Of a DNA stretch of 64,000 bases, positions 53,299 to 64,000 are shown in pieces. Below the pieces are notes generated by a model. The model saw nothing but the letters and a program-made list of their open reading frames with translations, did no database searches and was not told the DNA's origin. Origin of the DNA: Centroscyllium fabricii. Lineage: Eukaryota. How positions within the stretch are numbered: the stretch's first letter is position 1; each line of letters begins with the position of its first letter. The position numbers and the translations under genes were made by a program. Where the stretch lies: NCBI GenBank assembly GCA_051313645.2, contig JBNRSN020000005.1, positions 108,996,001 to 109,060,000 on the forward strand. Reading direction: 5' to 3'.

Positions 53299-53917
53299 GT
53301 GTGGTTAAGATTGGGGTGAGGGGGTGAAGAGACAAGAGGTAGTTTTTACAGTGTCAGCTGTGGCTCAGTTGGTAGCACACTCTCCTCGGAGTCAGAAGGT
53401 TGTGGGTCCAAGTCCCACTCCAGGGACTTGAGCATGTAAATCTAGGCTGAGACTCCAGTGCAGTGCTGAGGAAGTGCTGCAGTGTCGGAGGTGCCGGCTT
53501 TCGGATGAGATGTTAAACTGAGTCTGCTCTCTCAGGTGGATGTAAAAGATCCCAAGGCACTATTTCAAAGAAGAACAGGGGAGTTATCCCTGGTGTCCTG
53601 GCCAATATTTATCCCTAATGCCCCGCTTTCACTGGCGCCAGGAATATCCAGAATGGTCGCGATTGCGAAAATTACCCGGTTTCTTGCAGTTCTTAAATGA
53701 ATCTTAGTTGATTCCTAAATATTCGTACATTTCGCGTGAGTTCCTCTAACCTGCTGGAAAGTTTTTGCTTGTCAAAAACTTTCCACCGAAGTTCCAACCT
53801 CGGGAACCATTCTAATCCTTCTTAGCTGCATCGCACTCGCTTCTTCAACATTCTTGCGTTTCTGCGGCAAATTGACCAGGTCAGAGGTCACTGAGGGACG
53901 CATTTCACTTTAGAAAA

Positions 53918-54232
53918 ATGAACAGGAGAGCAGGACAATCTGGGAAGGCCAAGGGACGCGGCAAAGCCACCAAGCTCGCCCCAGAGCTGATTGAGGACAG
54001 CCCGAGGGAAGCAGCTGTACCTCCACACATCACTCCACCACATGTGGCCGAACCAGATCTCCCCTCGACAGAGGAGGAGCGCCCGCTGGAGTTTGAAGAC
54101 CAGCCGGGCGTGGTCGAGAACGAGGCCGACCATGCTGCCGAGGTGGAAGCTCCTCCATCCCCTGTGTCCCTGGGGTCAAAGGCAAAGAAGGCGAGGCTCC
54201 AGTCTAACCTGAGTCCAGAAGAACAGGAGCAG
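53918..54232 (+). CDS. Exon 1 of transposon-borne MADF (Myb/SANT-like) protein
   Basis: ATG at 53918, 105 codons, ends CAG|GTAACT; followed by a 90-bp AT-rich intron. Confidence 0.8.
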
Positions 54233-54322
54233 GTAACTGATATATTTATAACTGATAATCCTTTTTTAATAATCACTATCGTCAATTTGATTTTGTTTAC
54301 AACTATATTAATTTTATTCTAG

Positions 54323-55336
54323 GTGGCCCTCTTTCTGGAAGCCCATGACTTCATTTTTAACAAGAGGCGTGAGGACCACTGCTTCGCTGACCGGAAAAAC
54401 AAGGCGTGGGAGGACCTGGCCAACAGTATGGGCAAGCAGGTCAAGGCACTGACCACTTTTTTTGAGAGCATGCGGACGCAGGTGGGGAAGATGAGGATTA
54501 CAAAGAGTGGCCAGGGAACGATGGAGCTGACAGAGAGGCAGGAGTGGATCTGGAAACGCTTCCAGTTCCTGGTACCGCACATCAGCAAGGTCATCAGGCG
54601 GAACGTGCAGAGCCTCAAGCCTCCTACCACACAGCCGGCTCCTGGAGATCCAGAGAACAGGGATCATGAGGTGGACCTGCAGGAGGCTGATGTAAACACG
54701 CCACCGTTCCCCATCACCCCAACCTCCTGCATCACCACCGCCAGCTGCTGCAGCTGCAGAGGAGGAAAGGGGAGAGTGGCAGCAACGGAGGAAGAGGAGG
54801 ACATTGCAGGGGATATTCGCAAGTCAAGGGAGAGGCAGATGGAGCTGCTGGATATCCTTAAATCGCACCCTCTTCATGCTGTTCCCTTTCCGGAGCGCCT
54901 CAAGTACGCCGAATATATGGGGCATGCCTTTCAGCGATTGTCCACCGCTAAGTACATTGAGGTGAGGGACAAAATGTGGCAGATCATCTCGAGCACAGAT
55001 AAGGAGATGGATGAAATACAGCATTCCCACCAGGCAGCATCGCTAGGAGCACCTGCACCAGAACCAGCTGGCTATCGACAGAGACCATTCAGCTCATCCA
55101 CCCTGCCCATGTATCCTCCTCCTCCTCCTCCTCCTCCATGGAATCAACCCTACCAGCAGCAAGGCCAGTGGCCGTTGCAGCAGTCGCAGTGGCAGCCAAG
55201 GCCTGTGGTTCATCCTTCTTGGCAGCCAGTGGAAGCGCCGTGGATGTATCAGCAGGCAGGAACCTCCGGGCACAGTGAAGCCGCCACGGTCAGGAACGTC
55301 AGTCCAGCAGCCAACAGCCAGACACGGTTGCACTAG
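54323..55336 (+). CDS. Exon 2 of transposon-borne MADF protein (MADF domain, BESS-like segment, P/Q-rich tail)
   Basis: Acceptor ttttattctag|GTG in phase 0; FLEAHDFIFNK...RKNKAWEDLANSMG...FFESMRTQVGK resembles MADF; stop TAG ends at 55336. Confidence 0.82.
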   Translation: MALFLEAHDFIFNKRREDHCFADRKNKAWEDLANSMGKQVKALTTFFESMRTQVGKMRITKSGQGTMELTERQEWIWKRFQFLVPHISKVIRRNVQSLKPPTTQPAPGDPENRDHEVDLQEADVNTPPFPITPTSCITTASCCSCRGGKGRVAATEEEEDIAGDIRKSRERQMELLDILKSHPLHAVPFPERLKYAEYMGHAFQRLSTAKYIEVRDKMWQIISSTDKEMDEIQHSHQAASLGAPAPEPAGYRQRPFSSSTLPMYPPPPPPPPWNQPYQQQGQWPLQQSQWQPRPVVHPSWQPVEAPWMYQQAGTSGHSEAATVRNVSPAANSQTRLH

Positions 55337-55440
55337 TGGAGGATGTAGTTGTCAGCCTCTCTGATTTTAGCAGTGATGTGACCGAGTTTGAGGTCTGAAT
55401 TAAAATTTGTTAAATGTTAGTTCCAAAAAGTTGTTGTTCT

Positions 55441-55612
55441 GAGTTTTCAAAATTTCGTGTTTTAATAATAGTTCTTAAAATTTGTTGTTACATGTGAGTT
55501 TTATAAAATTGTTGTTTTAATAATCGTTCTTAAAATTTGTTGTTACATGTGAGTTTTATAAAATTGTTGTTTTAATATTAGTTCTAAAAATATGTTGTTA
55601 CATGTGAGTTTT
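55441..55612 (+). repeat. 55-bp AT-rich tandem repeat, about 3 copies, downstream of the MADF ORF
   Basis: gagtttt...gttgttacatgt units start at 55441, 55496, 55551 and (partial) 55606. Confidence 0.9.
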
Positions 55613-56639
55613 AAATTTTTTTACAAAAAATAATCCTTGTTTGCTGTTTAAATGTTGTTTTATTCCTGGTTTCCTTTTTTTGCTTAACACTTTATTTATC
55701 GCAATAAACATAACTTTCAAATTAATACTGTCTCAATTTATCAAAAAAGTCACACACCACCATGAATATGCCCGAATGTCAAGAACGATGCCGAATATCG
55801 TAAACTATTCGTAGCTAATTCTCAGTAGTCGTAACTTCATCGTGGAGGTCGTAGTGGATTCGAACAATCATTCGGCACATTCGTAAGTGGGTCGCACCTT
55901 ATTCGTGCACTTCTTACCTGATTCTTTGACTTCGTACTTGTTTCTTAATCTATTCCTGACATTCGGCATATCTTTCAAACCGAATGTCCAAGAATCTTTC
56001 GTTACACCTTCGTACCATCTCCCGAAAAGCCAAGAAATGAACACGAAATTTGACTTTTTTTCCCGAAACGCAAGAAATTTCGATTCGGGGAAATTCGGGA
56101 ATTCGTGATATTCTTAGCTCTAAGTGAAAGCGGGGTATTAATCAACATAACAAAACCAGATTATCTGGTCATTATCACATTGCGGTTTGTGGGAGCTTGC
56201 TGTAGCTGCCGCTTTCCCACATTACAACAGTGACCGCACTCCAAAAGTACTTCATTGGCTGTAAAGCACTTTGAGACGTCCGGTGGTTGTGAATGGCGCT
56301 ATATAAATGCAAGTCTTTCTTTTTTCATGATTGACTGGATGTACATTTTGAAGCTCAGATTGTGCACTCTCTAATTCAGCCTGAGTTAGCGTGTGGGAAG
56401 GGGAATGGAGTTGAGGACTAAAATAAGTCCAGAATAGACACCTTCCTAGAAATTCTGCAACAGGGTTCCAGCACAAAAATTAGAGATAATCTTTGAAAGA
56501 AAAAAGGTGCAGCAAAGAAATGAAAATGTAACCATTTCCCTCTCCAATGAATGAGAGATGTGAAAGACCTAGCTCATGTCAATGATAAAAATCCTTAAGA
56601 CACAAGTGAAGGGGCTAAATTGGATTGCCCTATATAGGG

Positions 56640-56960
56640 GAGCCAGCAGACAGGCCCCTCAGAATGTGCAAATGATTACAAACAGACGTCACGGCATACT
56701 CACAGGACCACCCTCACAAACAGGATGGGATCTCACAAATGCCAGGACAGTAGAGCAGAAAGTGACAAAGGCATGGATGAGTATTTTGGCAGCAGTGAAG
56801 ATTAAGTAAGGAGAGAAGGAGAAGATGGTCTTGGTGAAGGCTGCAGAGTAAACTTGTTCCAGGCCCAGCCAAGAAATTACAGGGAAGCAGGTGACCAACC
56901 CAACAGAGATGTAAATGACACAACTCGTTAATAGAACAGGAAACAAGGGGATCCTGCTCT
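56640..56960 (-). mobile_element. L2 RT fragment
   Basis: AAKILIHAFVT resembles the L2 motif AETLIHAFVTS. Confidence 0.55.
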
Positions 56961-57319
56961 ACACTCCCTTCCCACCATGCCCTCCCAACATCCCCACCAC
57001 ACCACCCCCCAACCATCCACATGACAGATCATTGTAGCAACTTATACCCAAGACAAAAGGCTTGTCCTTCCACTGAAAAACCAATAGCCAGCAATCATAA
57101 GAACATAAGTAGTAGGAGCAGGAGTAGGCCACACGGCCCCTCGGGCCTGCTCCACCATTCAATAGGATCATGGCTGATCCAAACTTAGACTCACGTCCAC
57201 TTCCCTGCCCGTTCCCCGTAACCCCAATCAAGGTCCATTAGGTACATCTCAGTTTACAGACCAGAAGCATTTGAAATAAGTAAATTCTTCTTCAAAACAC
57301 AATGCTTCCCTAAAGAACT

Positions 57320-57560
57320 AGCAGAAAATCAGACCAATGAGCTTACAATCCATTTCTATAGTCTTGAAAACAGGGTGAAAATTGGCATTGTTGAGGTGGA
57401 GTAGATCTGGAGTGATCTGGATCCCTAAATACCAAAACTCTGAACTGGTCAACAAAAGGAAAAAGAAGCTACAAACTGTTGGAGATGACGACAGTCCCAA
57501 AACCAAAACCTCGGATTTGATTTTATTCCCCAAAAGGCCAAATTGCTGTGCACAGTCCAA
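57320..57560 (-). mobile_element. L1/Tx1-type RT fragment
   Basis: KIKSEVL...FWYLGIQIT...NFHPVFKTI resembles the L1 RT YLG region. Confidence 0.55.
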
Positions 57561-58176
57561 AACATAAACATAAAAGGATGGAAAGCTGCAAGTGAGAGAC
57601 ATAAATCATCAGCATAGAGCAAGATTCTGGCCTGCCCTACAGATTCCCCCCTCTATGAATTTGTTAATGTAAATAAAGCAACTAAAGGTTCATTCTCAGT
57701 GCAAAAAGGAACAGGGATAATTGACATTACTGGCATAAATTCTGAAAATCTCAATCAAGGAAACCCAATCTATTGCACATAACCAATTAGGGAGAGTAAA
57801 ATGTGAAGACCAAGCTGACAAAGGTCTCCAAAATAGCTCTCAGAAAAGATCACTCAACTCTACTGAAAATTTAATTCTCCTTGGAGAAGACTAACAGTTG
57901 AATAGTTACATAATCTTTCAATGCAAGACTCTAAAGATTGCAAGCAGGAGAAACATGCATAGTTACTAGATTCTGACAATATTTTTTTTAATACAAATGA
58001 ACCACTCTATAACACAGAAGAAAAAGTGCACTACAGGCAGATTAACAGTTACAGAAAGATAATTTCAGATGAGATTCTCATCAATGCGAGAACCATTAAC
58101 AAACTGTTGTAACTGGACTGATATTGTAAGGGGGTGCTCTGATTGTTTAATTCTTCGTCATACACCAAAAACTTAC

Positions 58177-58308
58177 TTTCAATTGTTGCTGGCTTATATT
58201 CTGTTTGTCAGGACGCAAGTATTCCAGCACCAGTGGAATAAGATCTCGACAGCAAAAATTATAAGTCCCCAAGGCTGTGAAGAAAACATGCTGGGCTTTA
58301 CTACGCAC
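58177..58308 (-). CDS. PSME4: PSME4 coding exon ([44 protein letters not shown])
   Basis: Manual translation; tttgcag acceptor, gtaagt donor; 132 nt; the most 5' exon found in the window. Confidence 0.95.
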
Positions 58309-58614
58309 CTGCAAATGCATACATCATTATGAGAAAAAGACAAACTTTTTTTTTCACAACATAAATCAAACTTCTAATTACAAACATTATATTTTTTTAA
58401 ACTGCTTTAATGACTCATTTAATTAATGAGAAAAATAATGAACTGTAAATTATTAAAATTGTGTAAAATGTACATGACATTTTAATAAAAACTGTGTGTG
58501 GGTATATAACGCCAAAATATCGACATCAGCGTTCTATCATTTACATTTTGTCCATTAGTACGTAGATAACAGAACCTACAAGCATGTTAGAAATAAATAT
58601 ATAATTGTTTAGTA

Positions 58615-59232
58615 CAGGTTGAGCACTGTTAATCCAGACACTGTTAGTCTGGCAACATCAGTCGTCCGGCACGAATCTGGGCGACTGGGGTGCGCATGCG
58701 CAAAATGACCGCCGCGCTTGGCTGCGCATGCCCAGGCCTCTCCCTGACTGGTCTGCGCATGCGCAAAATGGCCACCGCGCCGATTGGTCTGCGTATGCGC
58801 AATATGGCCGCCGCGCTTTGCTGCGCATGCCCAGGCCTCTCCCCGACTGGTCTGCGCATGCGCAAAATGGCCACCGCGCCGATTGGTCTGCACATCCGCA
58901 ATATGGCCACCGCGCGTGGCTGCGCATGCCCAGGCCTCTCCCCGACTGCCCAGCATATGCGCAAAATGGCCACCGCGCGTGGCTGCGTATGCCCGGACCG
59001 CCCGACTGGTCTGCGCATGCACAATATGGCCACCACACTTGGCTGCGCATGCCCGGGTCTCTCCCCAAACGATTGATGCTTCAGCTAGCGCATGCGCAGA
59101 CCATTCAAAATTTTGCGGTGGCCATTTTGAATGGTCTGCGCATGTGCTCGCTGAAGCTTCTATCGTTCAGATTTTTCAAAAATCTGCCGCGGTCCTGGTC
59201 CCGACCGTGCCGGATTAACGGTGTCGGACCTG
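58615..59232 (-). mobile_element. MITE family B variant with internal GC-rich tandem array
   Basis: TA|CAGGTTGAGCACTGTTAATCC...GGATTAACGGTGTCGGACCTG|TA; right part matches the left part of 35724 in reverse. Confidence 0.87.
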
Positions 59233-59357
59233 TATATTTAATTTCTGAACTAATTATAGATATTTACACATTGGAATGAAAAAGAATATTCATAAGGTTT
59301 ATTTCAGTAGGCAGCACCAAGCTGCCCTTTCAAAAACCTCACTGAATAAAAGCCTAT

Positions 59358-59981
59358 GGGTGAAAAATTGGCACTCTAGTGCCGGCCACTTAGCACCGAA
59401 AAATAGGTGCTCCAGGTTTTGGCGCTAGCGCGGCGCCCAAAATTCGGCAACCGATTAGCGCCGGCGCTAACTCTTAGCACGCGCTATTTTGTGACTGTGC
59501 ATATCTGGTGCAACGCCCGCCCACCGGGCTGCACCTGAAATTCGCCTTTGCGTGACTACGCCTGGCGCAGTGCTGCCCGCGCCAGCTTTGGGAAGCGCTC
59601 CTGAGGCTCTGTGGAGCCGCTGCTGAAGGGGAGACACTTGCTCCCTTTCGTTCGGTAGTCTTTTCATCCGAGATCAGAGAGAAGCAGATGGAGGTCGGCC
59701 AGAGATCAGGGAGATGCCGAGGGAGGTGGTCAGATATCGGGGAGATGCAGAGGGAGGTGTGGAGACATCATGTACTGTTTTCCCTCCCCCACTTTAAGAC
59801 CTGACCGGTGCCAGAGTTCATGTGAAGGGCAGGAGTGGCTGAAGGGGCGCTGCGCCCGCGATCGCCAATTAGCACCAGGAAATTGGCCGTTCGCAGCCAT
59901 CCAATGCTAGATTTAGCGCTGCATTCTGCAAGGCCGGCGCTAAACCCAATATCGGGTGCTCCGCGCTAATTTTTTTTCCCC
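59358..59981. mobile_element. CpG-rich MITE with GGG termini and AT flanks (superfamily uncertain)
   Basis: AT|GGGTGAAAAATTGGC...GCTAATTTTTTTTCCCC|AT; repeated tagcgccg/ggcgcta motifs. Confidence 0.65.
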
Positions 59982-60273
59982 ATTTGTACTACGTTTTTAT
60001 ATTATTTGTTTCCTTCGTAGAAGATGGACATTTGAGATTGTCAGGGTTTATCTACACTCATTTTCTCCACCAGTCTTCATTCTCCTCCCTCCTTAGGAAG
60101 GTACTAAAAATCTAAAAAATAGAAGAATTTCATCCAAAATTTGCAGTGTAACATAATACACCATTGAATATTGTACAACATACAAGGGCTCACAACTGTA
60201 CACAGACTTGTAAACCACAGTTACAAGACCATGTGCTTTTTTACATATAGGAAGAGAAAATCAGCACAATGAA

Positions 60274-60523
60274 ACATAGAAACATAGAAGATAGGAGCAG
60301 GAATAGGCCATTCGGCCCTTCGAGCCTGCTCCGCCATTCAATGAGATCATGGCTGATCATCCAAACCCAGTACACCGCCCCTGCCCTCTCCCCATATCCC
60401 TCGATCCCTATCGAGCCTACACCGACACATAGCCCACCCTATCCCCGTAACCCCACATATTCAATCCCCCTAACACTAAGGGTCAATTTATCATGGCCAA
60501 TCAACCTAACCCGCACATCTTTG
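60274..60523 (-). mobile_element. 5'-truncated HE1-like SINE
   Basis: Closely similar to 25480-25715. Confidence 0.85.
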
Positions 60524-60699
60524 GAAACAAAAAAGAAAACATGAAGCACAAACAAAACATGGAGGAAGCGCAAACAAAACATGGAGGAAGCGCATGTGCC
60601 TCTACCTTCAAATTCTATGATGTATGGTTGCTGTTTACATACAGGACTGCAGTAACCTTATTGAATGTACTTTGAGCTTACCAGCTTTAGAGAGTTTTA

Positions 60700-63600
60700 A
60701 ACACAGAGTTTAATGAGAGTTAGGTGAACCTGTTAAACGGCATGGCTGGCTAAACAGAGCGACGACAGGAATTTGGTAAGAGTGTGAATTTACTGATAAG
60801 TAGTGGGTGAGTGGTGCAGAAAGTGTGTTTATCAAACTAGCTACGGAGGAAATTAAAAAGCAGGATCCCAAAAAGTAGTCATCTCTGGATTACTCCCAGT
60901 GCCATGTGCTGGCAAGTACAGGAGAAGTAAGATAAGAAAGGTTAATGCATGGTTGGAGGAATGCTGCAGGAGGGAGGGCTTCAGATTCCTGGGTCATTGG
61001 GACCCGTTCTGGGGCAGGAGGCATCTGTACAAAATGGAGGGGTAACAGGGCTGGGACCAATGTACTCACAGGGAGGTTAATTGGTGCTGGAGGGGGAGGA
61101 GGTGGAAGATTTTAATTCATTTGGCAGGGAGTGGGAACCAGGATGAAGCATCAGAGACAAAATATAAGATGCACAGAGGAATGGGAGAGACAAACAGTAC
61201 TAGAAAAAGAGTAGCTCAGAAATGGAAGGGATCAGACAGGGGGGAAATGTGAAGCAGACTACAATGGGTTTAGATTGCGTGTGCGTAGCTAAGGTTGATG
61301 AGCTGCAGTTACAAGCAGCCACGTGGGATTATGATATAGAGGCAATAACGGAGACCTGGCTCAAGCAATGGGTGGAATGGGCACTTAATATTCCTGGCTA
61401 TAATGCATTCAGGAAAGATAGGGAAGGGAAAAAAGATTTGGGGGGGGGGGGGTGGTGCCAGTATTAATCAAAGATACTATAACAGCACTAGAATGGGATG
61501 ATGTACGTGAGGGTTCAAAGACAGAACCTATTTGACTAGAATTAAGGAACAATTACACTGCTGGGTGTATATTATATGCCACCAAATAGTGGGCAGGAGA
61601 TGGAGGAGCAAATTTCCAGGCAAATGGCAGAAAGATGCAAGAACTTTAGAGTAGTGATAATGGGGGACTTCAATTATCCTAACATAGACTGGGAAAGTGT
61701 AAAGGGCAAAGAGGGGGAAAGAATTCCTGAAATGTGTACAAGAGAACTTTCTTGATCAGTATGCACCCAACCCAATGAGGAACAAAGCAGTGCTGGATCG
61801 AGTTCTGGGGAATGAAGTGAGACAAGGGGAGCATGTTTCAGTGTGAGATCATTTAGGAAATAGTGATCACAATATTAGGTTTAGAGTAGTTATGGACCAG
61901 GAAAAATCAAATGTGAAAATACTCCAACTGAAGGGGAGCTAATTTTAGTGAGTTGAAAAGGGATCTGACCAGGTGGATTGGAATCAATGATTGGCAGGTA
62001 AAACCCTAAATGAGCAATGGGAGGCCTTCAAAGAGGAGGCAGTTCAGGTGCAGACTGGACAGTCCCACGAGGAGGAAAGGAAGGCACTGAGACCAAGAGC
62101 ACCCTCGACAACTAAAGGTTTAGAGACTAAACTGAAACAGAAAAAGGAGGCTTATGATAAGTGTCAGATTCATAATTCAGTAGACAACAAAACTGAATAC
62201 AAATAGTACAGGGGAGAACTGAAAAAGGAAATATGAGGGGAAGAGAGAGTGTATGAAAATAGATTTAACGGGTTACATAAAAGGGAATCCAAAAATCTTT
62301 TATAAACATATAATTCGTAAAAGGGTAGTCAAAAGGTAGGGCCGATTAGGGGCCAAAAAGGAGATCTTCTTGTGGAGGCAGAGGGCACGCGGAGGTACTA
62401 AATAAGTACATTGCATCTGTCTTCATTAAAGAGGATGCTGTCAATGTCACAGTAAAGGAGGAGGTAATAGAGAAATTAGATAGGATAAAATTAGATAAAG
62501 AGAAAGTACTAGGAAGGCTGGCAGTACTTAAAAGTAGAAAAGTCACCCGGTCTGGATGGAATGCATCCTAGGTTGCTGAAGAAAGTAAGGGTGAAAATTG
62601 TGCAGCCTCATGACATAAACCTTCTTAGATATTGTGGAGTGGTACCAGAGGATTGGAGAATTGCAAATGTTACATCCCATTTTTTTTTTATTTTTTTTTT
62701 ATAAAAGGAGGGGTATAAACCCGACAACTACAGGCCAGTCAGCTCAATATCGGTGATGGGAAAACTTTGACACATTAATCAAAGACAAATGAATTGGTAC
62801 TTGGAAAAATATGGGTTAATAAATGAAAGACAGCACAGATTTGTTAAAGGCAAATCGTGTCTGACAAACTTGATTCAGTTATTTGATAAAGTAACAGAGA
62901 GGGTCGATGCGCATATGGATTTTCAAAAGATGTTTGATAAAGTGCGACACAATAGACTTGAGCGCAAAATTAAAGCTCTTGGGATTAAAGGGGTAGTGGC
63001 TGTGTGGATACGAACTCGGCTAAGGGACAGAAAGCAGCGAGTAGCGGTGAACAGATGTTTTTCAGACTGGAGAGAAGTGTGCAGTGGTGTTCCCCATGGG
63101 TTGGTGTTGATGTGGTGTATATGGAGTCAAAATAAACCACTTCACGAATTGCCATATGGGAAGCTGATGGCCAAGATAATGGCTCATGGAATTAAATGTA
63201 ATGTGGCCGCATGGATAGAGATCTTTGGATGGTAGAAAGCAAAAGGCAAGTAAAATGAAGTTTTTTGGACTGGAACGTGTGTGTTGGTGCCAATTTGAAT
63301 TACTATACACAAATGATTTGGATTTAGGAATACTGGAATTTGCCAACGGCACCAAATTGGTGGGCGGGGTGTGGCAAACTGCAACAAGGACTGGGAAAAA
63401 CTGCAGGAGGACATATATAGACTGCCAGCTGGGGCGATACTGGTCAGTGCAGATAAATGTGAGTAATACATATTGGAAGTAAGAATAGGGACAAGTGTCC
63501 CTTAAATGGTAAGATTTTACATGGAGTACAGGAATTTTGTGCAGTTAAGAACATAAGAAATAGGAGCAGGAGTTGCATTCGTTTTAAAAAGGTGCCAGCA

Positions 63601-63900
63601 CAGTATTTAACACCATATAAGTGGCACACAGAATTCTGTGTTATGTATCGACAGGCACAGAATACAAAAGCAAAGAGGTAATGTTGAACTTGTACAAGGC
63701 CTTAGTTAGGCTGCAGTTGGCTTACAGTGCACAGTTTTGGCCACCCCATTGCAGGAGAGGTATAAAGCAATGGAAAGGGTGCAGTGTAAATTCACTAGAA
63801 TGGCATCAGGGATTGGAGAGTTGAGATTTCATTTTACCCTATTGAAGCGGAGAAAAGTGACTAGATGGAGATCTTCAAGATTATTAAGGGTTACTAGTCT
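60700..63900 (+). mobile_element. Decayed CR1 (ORF1 end plus ORF2)
   Basis: AITETWL, MGDFNYP, KGKSCLTNL, DFQKMFDKV, YSAQFWPP remnants with many stops and frameshifts. Confidence 0.88.
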
Positions 63901-64000
63901 ATCTGCCATGGCATTGTATAAAGGGAGTCACGCCCAAGTGTAGTCGTTAGGTGAAGATTGATTAGAAGTCCGAGAATAATTGGATCCGAAAATGCAGATG

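Larger units (their letters stand above)
53619..56137 (+). mobile_element. Non-autonomous PIF/Harbinger-like DNA transposon carrying a MADF gene
   Basis: TIRs TGCCCCGCTTTCACT (53619-53633) and AGTGAAAGCGGGGTA (56123-56137), 14/15 match; flanked by TAA/TTA; splits a SINE; no transposase ORF. Confidence 0.85.
53352..56320 (+). mobile_element. Deu-type tRNA SINE (SacSINE1-like), split by the Harbinger-like element into 53352-53618 and 56138-56320
   Basis: Head gtcagctgtggctcagttggtagc...; core cggatgagatgttaaac; tail cattggctgtaaagcactttg...tataaatgcaagt; halves are colinear with the copies at 36535 and 40718; family name from recall. Confidence 0.8.

Noticed and set aside
54233-54322. Hydrophobic C-terminus of the 134-aa ORF 53918..54322 as a membrane anchor
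   Set aside because: Read-through into an AT-rich GT-AG intron; splicing restores the MADF-like domain
58609-59279. Six overlapping repetitive ORFs; regularly spaced repeats superficially like a CRISPR array
   Set aside because: Tandem array inside a MITE; the spacers are themselves repeated, there are no cas genes, and the context is a vertebrate intron

Overview
Eukaryotic (vertebrate) genomic DNA, very likely from a cartilaginous fish; this is inferred from the HE1/V-SINE, Deu-type SINE and CR1 repeat content. The whole window lies inside one minus-strand gene, PSME4 (proteasome activator PA200). I traced 19 coding exons by hand, from 58308 down to 9. All have GT-AG boundaries and consistent phases, and together they give 2451 nt (817 codons) of the C-terminal half; both gene ends are outside the window. 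The introns are full of mobile DNA: one near-complete but disabled CR1 LINE, many CR1/L2/L1 fragments, tRNA-derived SINEs, two solo LTRs, a hAT MITE, and eight TA-flanked Tc1/mariner-type MITEs, most rich in GCGCATGCGC motifs. The most notable item is a 2.5-kb Harbinger-like element (53619-56137) with no transposase but an intact two-exon 442-aa MADF(+BESS-like) gene, antisense to PSME4. Most short ORFs in the supplied track are spurious or repeat-derived.
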